Source: an uncultured Nitrososphaeraceae archaeon (GTDB lineage Archaea > Thermoproteota > Nitrososphaeria > Nitrososphaerales > Nitrososphaeraceae). Taken from it: 64,000 nt of DNA. Every line of letters begins with the position of its first letter. Position 1 is the first letter of the stretch. Both the position numbers and the translations under genes were made by a program. Positions 10,436-22,067 of this stretch are shown piece by piece. The notes beneath the pieces are model-generated. The model searched no databases, was not told the origin of the DNA, and was given only the letters and a program-made list of their open reading frames with translations. The stretch spans positions 1 to 64,000 of the forward strand of contig CAVXZB010000084.1 of the NCBI GenBank assembly GCA_963765895.1, written 5' to 3'.

Positions 10436-11428
10436 CAAACAGGCTTGTTAAGATGACGTGATTTAAATAGATTTCGCATTATGGGGAGACTGTTTTTTAG
10501 TAGCTAATATTTCCCTCAGAATACTTATCTAGATGGCAAATAATGGAAAAAAAGGATTTTGACTGTGTCAGTTTTGGACCCTGTACCTAATTGGGAATAG
10601 ACATATTCTTTTACGGTTACGCCTACTTATGATAGAACTAAACTCGACGGCCTGAGGCAATCTCCTATTTATAGTAAATAAATGTCAAATGTTCCATTTT
10701 GATTGTGTTTTTGCATATTCATGAAAAAGTGTGTTATCTTATCTTTGTGTTGCACATATTCTTCTTCAAGTCCCTGTTCCAGTATTTTCTTTAAAGTATC
10801 TTTCTCAGTTAACACATGATATCTCCCTACCAGACTATCGATAACTTGCTTATTAGTTATGTACCACTTTTAGCTCATCCTTGTGTTATTAATAGTAAAA
10901 ATGCCAGGGTTATACTAAATAAGATAACAATGGATTTGGTCTATAAGCAATTGTCAGTAATTCAGAAAGATCTTATGGAAAATATAGAAAGCAGCGAATA
11001 ATGTCAATGATGGGGTAAAGACCTGCTGTAAAACCAGAACCTACAGGAACTCTATTGGTTAATGAAGTCTGTTTCGGTCCAGCAGCTTTTTTAATCAAGG
11101 ATTTAATGAATTTGATATCACTATACGGATAATGACTCTCAGCCATCATCTTTCTCTTTTATAGGTTCAGATAGCCAATTAGTTACATTGAATCCTGGTG
11201 GTTTTGTAATAACACAGTCGAAAACACCTATTGTATTTATTACTTCGATCTCATGTGATTGCACGGAAACAAGCGATTTTCAGGCAACTGGTACCATTAG
11301 TGCTGGACAACAACTAACATTTACTATCACAAACAAACTAGGATAAATACGAGTTTTGGTACAAGTTTTCGCGGCTCATTAATCGTCGGGTTAATAGACC
11401 TCGATAAAGAGATTATAAGGGTAAAAAA

Positions 11429-11719
11429 GATTGTACCTCCAAGTTCTACGGACTACGCTACTTGGTACTTTAATGACTAATGTGCAAAGTTTTCCTCCCA
11501 GGTTATCGGACCCCTGGCAGTATCGTTTTTACCATTCGTTTTTACACTAAGATGACGGGTACCGCTAAACCTCATATACTGAGGACTTCCTAATGTAGTA
11601 GCATTAGTAAGAAATATGCTGTTTGCTGCTAGAAGCACTTTAGGATTGGTTACTGACAGATCAACTGTGTTTGACCCATTCTTGTAACTTAGTTGCAGAA
11701 GGTTTGGATAGGTACGGTT
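11429..11719 (+). ncRNA. Candidate structured RNA element
   Basis: Closing helix GATTGTACCT-CCAAG / TTTGG-AT-AGGTACGGTT. Internal hairpins CCAGG/CCTGG, CCTCA/TGAGG, CTAATGT/GCATTAG and TGTAAC/GTTGCA. Confidence 0.45.
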
Positions 11720-12116
11720 AAGTAGATACTCGAGTAATTGAGGACTTTAATCGAAACCGTTACTAAAAAGTACCATGCAAATTTGCAAATAGTTGGTGCT
11801 CTATTACAAACACTTGGTGATTCTCCTGCCATTCACAATAATGAATATAAACGAGCTGATACTGTCATTAACTCTAGACAACACTCTTCAAGTGATTTTA
11901 CTGACTTTTACATGTGGCTTAATAAAGATGGCAATATTGGATAAGTAATATTAATCAAAGTACATATCAAAAATACAAATGAGCAGACCTAAGTTACAGG
12001 CCATATTTTATTGTCTGTGCTTGACATTGAAAGCACATCCAAAGATCATTTCCTATGCAGAAACATATTATCGATGACACTGTAAGGAGCAAGAACAGAT
12101 CCCTTATTAGTGGTCT

Positions 12117-12665
12117 GTGATTGCAAAACTAAAGAATATCACAATGCAAATATCTGACTTCAAAGAGCTGTTTAACTATAATCATACAGTAAGACAGAAT
12201 TATATTGATATATTTAAACAACAATTATCATGGGAAGTTATGGTTAAAAACCGAGAAACTGGATGGCTATCATTAAAAGACACGCTGCTGCATATAATTT
12301 GGGTTGAAGACTCGTGGATTAATTATTCTATTCAAGGTCTAGAAGATCCTAATAGGCCATTTCCTTATTCTAATTACAATTCATGGAAAGCAATTGAGGA
12401 CTATTACCTTAATTCCACATTAAAGGTCAACAGTTATTTGGATTTTCTTACGCCAAACGATCTATGGAAATCAGTTTCAAGGATGAACGTCGATGGAATA
12501 AGAAGAACTACAAAAGTTAGGGATGTACTAATTCATGTTATAACAGAAGAACTGCATCATAGAGGAGAAATAATCGCAATTCTTTGGCAAATGAATTTCC
12601 AACCACCGGATATGGGCTGGCTTTCGGTTATGAAAAAGACAGATCCTATATGGGTATTAAAGTGA
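12117..12665 (+). CDS. DinB/YfiT family protein
   Basis: SLKDTLLHIIWVEDSW and HVITEELHHRGEI are DinB His motifs. The start may be ATG 12144. Confidence 0.9.
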   Translation: MIAKLKNITMQISDFKELFNYNHTVRQNYIDIFKQQLSWEVMVKNRETGWLSLKDTLLHIIWVEDSWINYSIQGLEDPNRPFPYSNYNSWKAIEDYYLNSTLKVNSYLDFLTPNDLWKSVSRMNVDGIRRTTKVRDVLIHVITEELHHRGEIIAILWQMNFQPPDMGWLSVMKKTDPIWVLK

Positions 12666-12841
12666 GAAAAAAAGAGGTCAGTTGAAAATCATAAAATAAG
12701 GTCATTTAAATTTTCAAATGATGGTCTAATGAGATCATCACTTACGATGCTGATAGTAATGATAAAATAATAGGAAAAAAATCACCCCTTTCTTTCTATG
12801 ATTAGCTAATGCGATGATCGTTCTCTCATAATCAATCAATG

Positions 12842-13612
12842 TCAATCATCGCTGCTACTTTCTTCAAAATGATAAAACTTCAAAGCCAATAAATGCATCA
12901 ATATATCTTATAGGTTAGACGCCTTATCTAGTGTTCCATCACTATCTACAGCTATCTTAATTGATCTTATCAATTTGTCAAATTTATCCGGATTGATAGT
13001 AATTTTCTCACACCGTCTGCTTCAAAAATTATTTTGCAATGTCCTAACATAGCCTTATACTCTGCATTAAAGTTGACAGAAACAAGCCGCATGTTCTGAC
13101 TCCAGCTGTCATCTAATCCCTCTGATCTGTATCCTGCAATCAATTTATCATTATATGAATCGTCACCCTCATCTATCAGCAGTTTTAGTGATCTGATAAA
13201 ATATGGATTATTACCATAGATGTATATACCTTGTCTGCATCATACTTTGACATTAGTTCATATGTTACAGACAGCATTTAATTGTAATCTGGCCTGTGAT
13301 ACTCTTTAGCATACAATATCTGTATATGATTATCCATTCACTGTGTCAACACAATCCCAAATGCTGAACTGGCCTATGCTGGATCTATACCATTGATATT
13401 GGAGTAAATAAAATGGACTGAAGCATCAGAATTGTAATTTTCTCACTTTCTCTATTGCTGCCTCGATGTCTCTTGTTTAGAAGACAACACCCAATCTTTC
13501 CCAAATATTCTAGGTTGTATTCTCGCTCAAACGAAGATGATGGTTAGCTTTTCCTTATTTCTTCTTGGCTGTAATTTTACCTAGACCATAGTATAACCCA
13601 GATCCAGATTGC
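12842..13612 (-). pseudogene. Terminase large subunit, C-terminal (nuclease) half, heavily degraded
   Basis: Pieced translation: YGLGKI...FEREYN...GIDPA..SSAFGIV...QILYA.EYHRPDY...VNFNAEYKAMLGHCK...INPDKFDKLI...DSDGTLDK...DIFDAF. It has many stops and frameshifts. Confidence 0.65.
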
Positions 13613-13664
13613 ATGAGTTATGCTAATTGTACAGTCGGCTCCATTATAAAGGTGAATATAGCAA

Positions 13665-15605
13665 TTAATTCCATGATGGTTCCATTAGTGGTAGACTAAA
13701 GGAAAAAGTAGCTCCCTTTTCATTAGGATTATTCTCAGCCCAGATTTTACCACCATGAGCTTCTACAATACTTTTTGAAATAAATAATCCTAAGCCGGTG
13801 CCTCCAAATTCAGACTTTGTAGCAAATTTTGTAAACAATTTTGGAAATATGTCTGGATCTATTCCTTGACCACTATCTTTTACGCTAACAACAGCCTGCC
13901 CATTATCGTTGGTCTTTACTGATAAGGATATTATCCCTTCCTTTGTAAATTTCAGGGCATTACTAATCAGGTTATCGATTACTTGTGTCATCCTCACTTT
14001 ATCTGCTTGTATAAGGATTGTTGGAGTGTCATCTTGATTTGTTATCTGTTTATGTAGTAGTTGTTCTTGTCGTTGTTGACCTACTCCTCCTCCACATCGT
14101 GTCGTCTCTTCCTCTTTGTTAATTCCATATACTATCTTTACATTCCCATTTGAAGTTCTAATCTGATTTCTGTAGTCATCAACAGTATTAATTATTAGTC
14201 TTTGTAGACTGAATTGTTCCTTATTGAGAGTTAACAAGCCACTCTCGATTCGAGTGATATCCAATATGACTTGGGATAGTCTCTGAAGTCTTTTTGCATT
14301 TCTGATTATCACATCCAAGATAGTCTCTTGTTGGGATTGTTGGGACTGCCCTTCCATATTCTTGGAACGTAGAACCTCAGATAAACCAATGATTGGTTGT
14401 ATAGGAGTACGTAATTCATGCGCTGCTATATTGATAAATTCTTGTTGAGCTTTCTCTCGTATCTTTAGCTGCTCATTTGATATTGACAATCGTTTATTTG
14501 CATTTTCTAGTTCCCTATTTGCATTTTCTAGTTCCCTTCCTCTTCTCTTTACTTCTTCACTTAGACTCCTCCATTTGATAAGAAACACAATTAATACTAC
14601 AATTGCAACGGTAGCTCCCGCAAGCAGTGAAAAAGTCTCTATTCTTTGCGAAAAAAGAACTTTGTCAACTTGCGAATAAATTGTACCTGTGGGTGTAATT
14701 ACAAAAACAAAGTATGTTGGCTTTCCAGACAGAAATATAGGATAACCTGTATTTAATCTTTCACCACTTCCAAAGTTATAGACAGCGTATCCTGGCTTAC
14801 CTGAGAAAACTTGATTGTACAGCTTATTTTGTATCTGGTTATTATGAAAGAACACTTGAACATCTTTTGCAAAAAAATTCTTTCCTAACAGGTATGTCCT
14901 TGGAGTAACTATATAGTTCTCATTTTTATCGTAAGCTACTAGAAACCGAGACTCTATATTGTAAATATTTTCATAATTGGAGAGGAATTGTACAATGGGA
15001 ATAGTTGCTCCTACCAATCCTAAATATTTCCCTGTCTGTGCATTTATAATAGGATAGACTATACCAATTCTGGTTTTACCATCTAATCCTACATAACCAT
15101 TAGAAAATACTGGCTTTAGAGTCTTTTCTACTTGCACTACATGGCGTCTTTGTAGGACATCGGTACCTACAAGTGTTTTTGCACCTTTTGTAGAAATGTC
15201 TATCGTCATTGTATTGTTTTTATTTTCAACAAAAAAATGATCTACTATATCATCTAAGTTTAAAAAGTTGGCATGAACTAACGTTTTCGTTTTATCACTA
15301 GCTAAATCTCCTTGCTGGAGATATATTGAATTTGATAATCCCTCAAGTCTGGCTTCTACTAGACCTAGGTCTGATGCAACATGTTTAGAAAGGACTTTTG
15401 TTGCCATAACTTGACGATCTCTTTGTTGGACAAATAGATTATTTTTCACATCTCTTTCTGTGACATCCTGAAAATAAAAAAATAATCCATAAAAAGATGA
15501 TATCATAAGTACAATACTAACAATGGCTATTACTTTAGCTCTCCAGTAGATACTACTCCTAGTTCTAAAACTACTATATTTCTCAGGCATTGAATACCAC
15601 CACAA
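13665..15605 (-). CDS. Membrane sensor histidine kinase with an extracellular Cache domain
   Basis: Two TM helices flank a ~280-aa Cache-like region. H-box AAHELRTPIQP; HATPase motifs NLISNALKF, DSGQGI and GTGLGL. Confidence 0.92.
   Translation of the reverse strand: MWWYSMPEKYSSFRTRSSIYWRAKVIAIVSIVLMISSFYGLFFYFQDVTERDVKNNLFVQQRDRQVMATKVLSKHVASDLGLVEARLEGLSNSIYLQQGDLASDKTKTLVHANFLNLDDIVDHFFVENKNNTMTIDISTKGAKTLVGTDVLQRRHVVQVEKTLKPVFSNGYVGLDGKTRIGIVYPIINAQTGKYLGLVGATIPIVQFLSNYENIYNIESRFLVAYDKNENYIVTPRTYLLGKNFFAKDVQVFFHNNQIQNKLYNQVFSGKPGYAVYNFGSGERLNTGYPIFLSGKPTYFVFVITPTGTIYSQVDKVLFSQRIETFSLLAGATVAIVVLIVFLIKWRSLSEEVKRRGRELENANRELENANKRLSISNEQLKIREKAQQEFINIAAHELRTPIQPIIGLSEVLRSKNMEGQSQQSQQETILDVIIRNAKRLQRLSQVILDITRIESGLLTLNKEQFSLQRLIINTVDDYRNQIRTSNGNVKIVYGINKEEETTRCGGGVGQQRQEQLLHKQITNQDDTPTILIQADKVRMTQVIDNLISNALKFTKEGIISLSVKTNDNGQAVVSVKDSGQGIDPDIFPKLFTKFATKSEFGGTGLGLFISKSIVEAHGGKIWAENNPNEKGATFSFSLPLMEPSWN
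14495..14536. repeat. Exact 21-bp tandem duplication encoding RELENAN twice
   Basis: TATTTGCATTTTCTAGTTCCC occurs twice in tandem. Confidence 0.9.
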
Positions 15606-15735
15606 TTTCAGAATTAAATAATTAATGCTATGTATCTAGGGTTAGTTCTATATATGATACTAACTTGAGCAAACCCGCATGATCTATTTTCTGAGGCATA
15701 TATGTAGTGAATCGATAATAACAAAATGACATGAC

Positions 15736-15948
15736 TTAGTACTCCACTTCCCAATTCTTAACTTCAATTTTGTCGCCTTCTTTTTCATATGCATAGATTT
15801 TATTGTCTTCTTCATCTACTGTTTTCTTATGTGAGTTATTGCAGTATGGTTGGTTAGTGCTCAAACCACACATACAAATCCATATGCTTTTTGTCCCAAT
15901 CTTAATCTCCGTTGGACCTTTGTAATCCTTTTTAACCAGTCTCGCCAA
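15736..15948 (-). CDS. CDGSH-type iron-sulfur domain protein
   Basis: WICMCGLSTNQPYCNNSH matches C-x-C-x2-S-x3-P-x-C-x2-S-H. The likely start is TTG 15948 (MARLVKK). Confidence 0.85.
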   Translation of the reverse strand: MARLVKKDYKGPTEIKIGTKSIWICMCGLSTNQPYCNNSHKKTVDEEDNKIYAYEKEGDKIEVKNWEVEY

Positions 15949-16090
15949 TATGTGGTATCGACTATACATATTACTAATATTCAGGACGTCCACCAACGAG
16001 ATATGGTGTAGTACATTGTAGTACATACGATAGCTTTTGGTCTTTCATGTGCACGTCCAGACTAAATAACATCAGTTTGGTAACTGCACC

Positions 16091-16623
16091 ATGAAGAATT
16101 CAGTATCCAATCTTCAAACAATAGTACTGCTATCAGGTACTATCAGGTATACTTCTGTTTGGTCTGGTATCGAATTTGTATAATGGATACCACACACAAA
16201 TAGTAGATGCTAGGAAAGGTGAACATTATGACTTTAGTAGTAGCGGAGGGAATAAAGATTCAACAAACTCAGCATCGTCACAAACTCAGCAGCCAACAAC
16301 AGCCATCAATCCCAGGTGCAATTCAATTATCAGCCAAGGAACTAACTTCGGGTTACAGATGGATAAATACTACCAGCGGAGTAATCAACCCAACTATGAA
16401 TTTCAAGGTAGGTAATACTAAGACCATGCAACTCAAAAATCCAACAGATGATAAACATCAATTAGTTGTAGATGATCCAAATGGAAACCAACTTGCAACA
16501 AGTGGGGATATACTATCTGGAAGTTCTAGCCAATTGTCCTTTAAACCTGGCATGACTGGTACATTTGGATATCATTGCATATACCATCCTACAACAATGA
16601 AAGGGATAATACATGTACAGTGA
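16091..16623 (+). pseudogene. Secreted cupredoxin (type-1 blue copper) protein with two N-terminal frameshifts
   Basis: The C-terminus HQLVV...YHCIYHPTTMKG has the Cu ligands H, C, H and M. The signal peptide from ATG 16091 is out of frame because of two 10-bp duplications. Confidence 0.75.
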
Positions 16624-16662
16624 TTAAGAACAAGTAGCTGCTGTTTAGTCATTTCTTATTAC

Positions 16663-16690
16663 TCCCCATGCTACGGGGAGACAAATTTTT
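16663..16690 (+). terminator. Hairpin plus T-tract downstream of the cupredoxin
   Basis: CTCCCC-ATGCTAC-GGGGAG followed by a T-run. Confidence 0.35.
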
Positions 16691-17030
16691 TCAATATTTC
16701 TGGTATAACATTAGTGACTGTTTTGCTGTTGCCATTCCCTTTTTTTACTATAGTGCTGCCATTGTGTGTTCTAGTTAAGATAAGTAATTCGCTTTCTATT
16801 ATACGATAGTTGTTTTCCTTGCAATGGACATAACGACTGTTCTGTTAGAGGAATGATTCCCGATTAATAAATTCCATGGCTTGGAATCCGTGGCAGATTT
16901 TGCTGAAATATGTGAAATCATTTCGAGCTGCATGAGTTACAAACAGGCCGGCCATCAGCAAAGTTAAAGCCAATAATAGGCAGTTTAACAAAGCAAAGCT
17001 TTTTTGTTTTATTCAAATATACAGCTATGA

Positions 17031-17910
17031 TTAAGGTCTATGAGCAATAATATTTAACCTAACAAAATCTAAGAACCAGCATGCATTTGATTTATTATAA
17101 CTACATTTTCAACCTCATCCAAAAAACACGTCCAAAAAACTGAGTCCCTAATTTATCAATGCCATCATTATTCTCTAGTGATAGATGATCTAGATAAGAT
17201 TTCATTACTACTATTTTTATAAATTTAGAATATATCTGGTGGTTTGGGAGAATTACATGATCACTACTAGAATATACTGTTGTATTTATATTGCCTATTT
17301 CTTGTAGTAACTTGTATGTATCGTCAGACCTGGCAAAATACCACGGTTGCTTCCAGTCCGTAAAGTGTTCCTTGAATTGGTCTAAATATGTAATTCGTTC
17401 TAACATCATGATGATTTGTTGTAAATTTCCATGCCCTCCACACTGGATTAATAATTGGCCACTAGTTCGAGTATTGTTGTTACTACTGCTGCTGACACCT
17501 ATACCAGTAATCTTAGTACTGTCATTCATTGGCCTTCTACCTCCCGAAATTTTTGAAATACTTTTCTGTGATCCTTTATCCAATGTAGTACAGAATTAAA
17601 AACAATTATATCCATCTTTTTTGGAATCCCAATATCTGTAAAGCTAGATTGTATTATCACAACATTATCAAAGAAATTAAAGATTGTTTTTCGCTTGTTT
17701 TATCATGTTGGAGTCAATATCAATAGTATAGACCTTCCTCTTGGAACTTGTTTGGTTAATTGTTTTGTGAGTGACCCTGATCCATAGCCCGCATCCATAA
17801 CAATTTCATTTCCGAGCCATTTTCTCCATTTAAGTACCTGAATATCCCATCTATTGAACTAAATGTGAAACTTGATCATATGTACATGCGTCCCAAGAGT
17901 ACTTATTTAT
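17031..17910 (-). pseudogene. Class I SAM-dependent methyltransferase (Tam-like), fragmented
   Basis: Pieced translation WDACTYDQVS...VMDAGYGSG (motif I)...GQLLIQCGGHGN...LDFVRLNIIA, with several stops and frameshifts. Confidence 0.75.
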
Positions 17911-18272
17911 GCGTCTTACTAGTTTGTACTCATTATTACTCTACCTCATTATTAATAATCTAATAGAAATTTGGCCCTGATCTTATCTATCTACGACCAA
18001 AAATGAAAAAAGTAAACTTAACAAAATGGCAACTGTGAAAGAGAGGGCTCATTTTGATTAAAAACCTGTATATTTATACCACAAATAGTAAGAAAGGATA
18101 ACAAAATGTCAGTATATCAAATCCAGAATAGACTTTCATGTTCGATACCGTAATCATATATTCATTATTTGCTAACTCGCTTACTTTCTATAATTTGTAG
18201 AACAGCTAGAAAATAAATATAATAAATAGTAGTAATTTTTTTATCATCCTAAGATTTTATTGGATTACTCCC

Positions 18273-18674
18273 TTACTTTGCACCTTCATTAGTTTCCCAT
18301 ATTCCAAAACTGTTATTCTCAGTATCATGACATACTGCAAAATATCCCATCCCTGGGATTGCCATCTTAGTAACAACTACTTTACCACCTATCTTCTCTA
18401 TCTTTGATGAATATTCATCTACTGAATTTACATCAATAAAATTAGTAATTTGTTGATGTTGCTCTTGTCTTTTCATCAATCCTCCACCTATAGGTGCTTT
18501 ATTTCCTTTGTCATCTGTTGTACTTACTATCCAATATTCCATACTGGAAGAAGAACTATCCTTACTGCTTGTTCCGGGCCACTTTTCTATTTTCCATCCA
18601 AATAGATCAGTATAGAATTTCTTCGCCCTTTCAACATCATCTGCAGGCATTTCAAAGTGGACTATTGTTGGCAT
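18273..18674 (-). CDS. VOC family (glyoxalase/bleomycin resistance) protein
   Basis: Motifs IVHFEMPADDVERAKKFY, GGGLMKR and DTENNSFGIWE. Confidence 0.92.
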   Translation of the reverse strand: MPTIVHFEMPADDVERAKKFYTDLFGWKIEKWPGTSSKDSSSSSMEYWIVSTTDDKGNKAPIGGGLMKRQEQHQQITNFIDVNSVDEYSSKIEKIGGKVVVTKMAIPGMGYFAVCHDTENNSFGIWETNEGAK

Positions 18675-19404
18675 ATTCTTCTGAAAACTGTAGTACTTAA
18701 AATTAACAAAAGTGATAGATCGTAGACATCTTTGTCAAATGCTGCCTCGTAATATGAGAATACATAATGAATTTTATGCTCATCAGTTCAGTTAACTTAA
18801 CTGCATAGTTGTAGCTTTTACTAGCGCTTTCATGCTTGGGCTAGGAGCAATATTTCCTATAATACTTCTTAAGTTAATAGTCCCTGCTCATTTATCATAA
18901 GGGCTTTTTGGATTTGATATGCAGGATGCAACTCAGCATGCTCCATCACGTATGTCTATTACATATATTCCAGTAACCTGTACACGACTCCCTACGTTTG
19001 GCAACACTCTTTTTAAAGTTAGGGCCATCACATTTAGGTACCTTACATTGATTTATCTTTACAGGATCTTTTGAACTATTTTCCCCTGGCATACTACCTC
19101 GATGTGTCTACGTCAAACACATTTTAACCATTTTAGTAGACTTTCAATATCCATGCTCAAGGTATGCTGCAAGTCCATGGCTTTTATTCCAATTATTACA
19201 CCTGCCTAGAGGCCACGTATTGACATGTTATAAAAATAGTAATGATAATATCATTATTGTTCAATTGCTTTTTTCAATTTATGATATTCTTCCTTAGTAA
19301 TTTTTTGTCCTTTTGCTAATCTGGTTTTAAGAATATTAATTGCTTCTTCTTCTCCATGTTTTTGTTTTTTTTCTCGTGGTACTTCTTCTTGTAGATATCT
19401 ACTA

Positions 19405-19839
19405 TCAGGAAAAGACTGAAGGGGCATCTGCACTAATACTTTTTAAATCATCTAGAAAAGACCATTCTTTTCTAACATCGATATTGCTGGTTTTTCTTCC
19501 AACTCTATATAGAGCCATAGTCAATTTATTCTTGTATTTTGCAAATGAAGATGGTACGTGAAGAGATATCATAAATCCCTTTGTTGCAAACATGTTTTTC
19601 CACTTGGTTGGGTATGGCAAATGTATGGGAGTAAAATCTAAAGGTATAATCTCATGAGGCGGTCTCTTCTCTGGATCCTTGTTCTTCCATAAATATCCTA
19701 CATATCCAAGGCTTCTATCGTAGGGATCTTTTTTCTTAGGAGTTACTATTTTATCCATAATGGATGGATCATGTGTTCTGCCTACAATAACAAATGTTGT
19801 ACTTCCATATCTCTTGATTGCTGATCTATGTTTCTCCAC
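19405..19839 (-). CDS. Hypothetical protein
   Basis: 144-aa open frame with no recognised motif. Confidence 0.4.
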   Translation of the reverse strand: MEKHRSAIKRYGSTTFVIVGRTHDPSIMDKIVTPKKKDPYDRSLGYVGYLWKNKDPEKRPPHEIIPLDFTPIHLPYPTKWKNMFATKGFMISLHVPSSFAKYKNKLTMALYRVGRKTSNIDVRKEWSFLDDLKSISADAPSVFS

Positions 19840-20806
19840 TTCTCTTTGAGAATATTTCTTTTTATTGAAAAAGTCTGTTATATATATTTGAAGATTGTAT
19901 TATCAGGTTTGTAGCAAAATAATTCTAAATATTCATAAATTTCTTGTCTTCTATTTTGAGAGACTTGTTTTGAGATAGGCATTCTTTAGCTTCATAATAA
20001 ATCGGATATGATGAAGCGGTATGTGCTGCTGTTGCTTGTGTATTATTATTAGTTCTTATTGCAGTAACAGTACTACTGCCAATATCTGCATCTACTGGAA
20101 TTCTATTCTTTTTCTCTTTTGTAGATTGATCTGGTAATTGAGGATGGATTCATACATTATACACACATCAATTACCTTTTAATGATCTTTATTGCATTTA
20201 AAAATTTATTTATATATTCAATATATTTTATATATACTATCATTTTATAGCTTTTTTATCGAAGGCATAGCTAAATAGTTTTTATACAGTCTTTAATTGC
20301 CATTCAGAATATAATCCAACATTTCACAACCCAATCTGTCCTAATTATGGTTTTTGTTATTACTCTAGAGAGTTCACTTGATTTCATCATGAAAATGTAA
20401 TGATCACAAATAAGACAATACCATTTTAGGTTAAAGTTCATGACACTATGTTTACATATATGATGACATTCGTGCTAAGTACTATTACGTTCCTTCTATT
20501 AGGACTTTTTGTTTTGTAGATCTCTTGCTTGCATCCTTATTTTCTTTGTTTCAACTTCTGCTTTATAATATAGAAATTAGAAGTCATTATGAGCTACAAT
20601 AACAATAATGGACGATTTGACGTCATCGCACCTATAGTCTTAGTAGATGGTTATATTAGTTTCGTATTCATAGACTTTAATGCGCGATAAACCTTCAAAT
20701 TCATACTGTATCAAACATTAGATATTATCGAGCAGGGAAACACAATAAAGATGCAGTCTAACTATCACCTCTATTCATAAGCGTATTTAAACTAGATAGT
20801 GTAGAG

Positions 20807-21764
20807 GGCCATGTAGAAATCATCACAAAAAATGACAATATTCGTTAGCCTGTGCATGTTATAGGCTATGCATCTGAATGATAGTTCCCTGTTCTGTGTT
20901 TTTACTAGCCTTGAAGAAATATATTCTCCAAATAGTCGTTTTATGACAGACATTATGGTCTCATCCTTGTTTCGTTGATTGTACAATAGTTCGTTATATC
21001 CACGTTTCATCTGCTTTCTATATCTGCCATGTGTTCTCCATATCGGTACATGTTCATATCGAGCTGGAATAACACTGAATGCATGCAAGGTTTCTCTTAC
21101 CAACTGATGATTATCTTCATTATCATATCCCTTATCAGCTGTAACTACGGATAGTGGAAGGAATTTGAGCTGTCCTTGTAATGATTGGCTTGAAATCTAC
21201 ATTATCATGTCTTGTAGGAGCTCCTCTTATCCTTATGTTGCAGATAATCTGTTGTAATACATCGGCTCTAATAGATAATTTCGCATATTTTCTTCTTGCT
21301 TCTATTCGTTCATCATAATACTGTGAAGCATGAGTTATCTTAAATCCTGTTGAATCTATTCCTACAAAGATATGCTTCGTACAGCTAATTACAATGAATG
21401 ACGAAATTATCTTCTCAAGCAGTGAATTGCTAATTCTGTCTGTCTGTAAACTTTTGCAATGTTGTAAAATGAGGAATACGTGACAATCGTAGGTACGATC
21501 TAAGGTAATATGCCTCGACTAACCACTCGACAAACATCCTATAACTCTTACCTTCGTACTGTCTTATTGTAAGTAATACTAAATGCTGCCATATCGTAAA
21601 TACATGATTGCTCTTTCTGTGAAGAAACAATGGTATCCTTGAATTTCTCAAGACACGGTACATAGTATTAGCCAGCCTAACATATCTTGATTCTTTCAAC
21701 ATCCATATTGGATCATACGTCTAGAAAGCTCTAACGGTATTCAGAACATGGTTTCTACAGAGCC
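20807..21764 (-). mobile_element. IS5-family (ISH1-like) insertion sequence, copy 1, with a frameshifted transposase
   Basis: TIRs GGCCATGTAGAAATCAT / ATGGTTTCTACAGAGCC and a 9-bp TSD AGTGTAGAG (20798-20806, 21765-21773). Transposase fragments 21430-21702 and 20792-21103 are homologous to 34077-34961. Confidence 0.92.
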
Positions 21765-22067
21765 AGTGTAGAGTAAATGAGTATATAACAGATAAATCGA
21801 TCTGAGGAGCATAAATCAGTAATTATTTTCCTTGCCTCTGTTACTATACATCATTTCATATCTTTAAGGTATCAAAATTGATAATTATAAATGTCTTCAA
21901 AAGGCAAAGTGTCAAATATGCAAATTCGAATGGGTTGAATTTTGGTACATGTCAGAACAACAGTACTCATTCTGTGTACAATCCTACACATTAAGGAGAA
22001 ATAAGAAACTATCTAGACATGAAAAGGGGATGCAGCTACAACTACAATAAAAATAATCTGGACTGTT

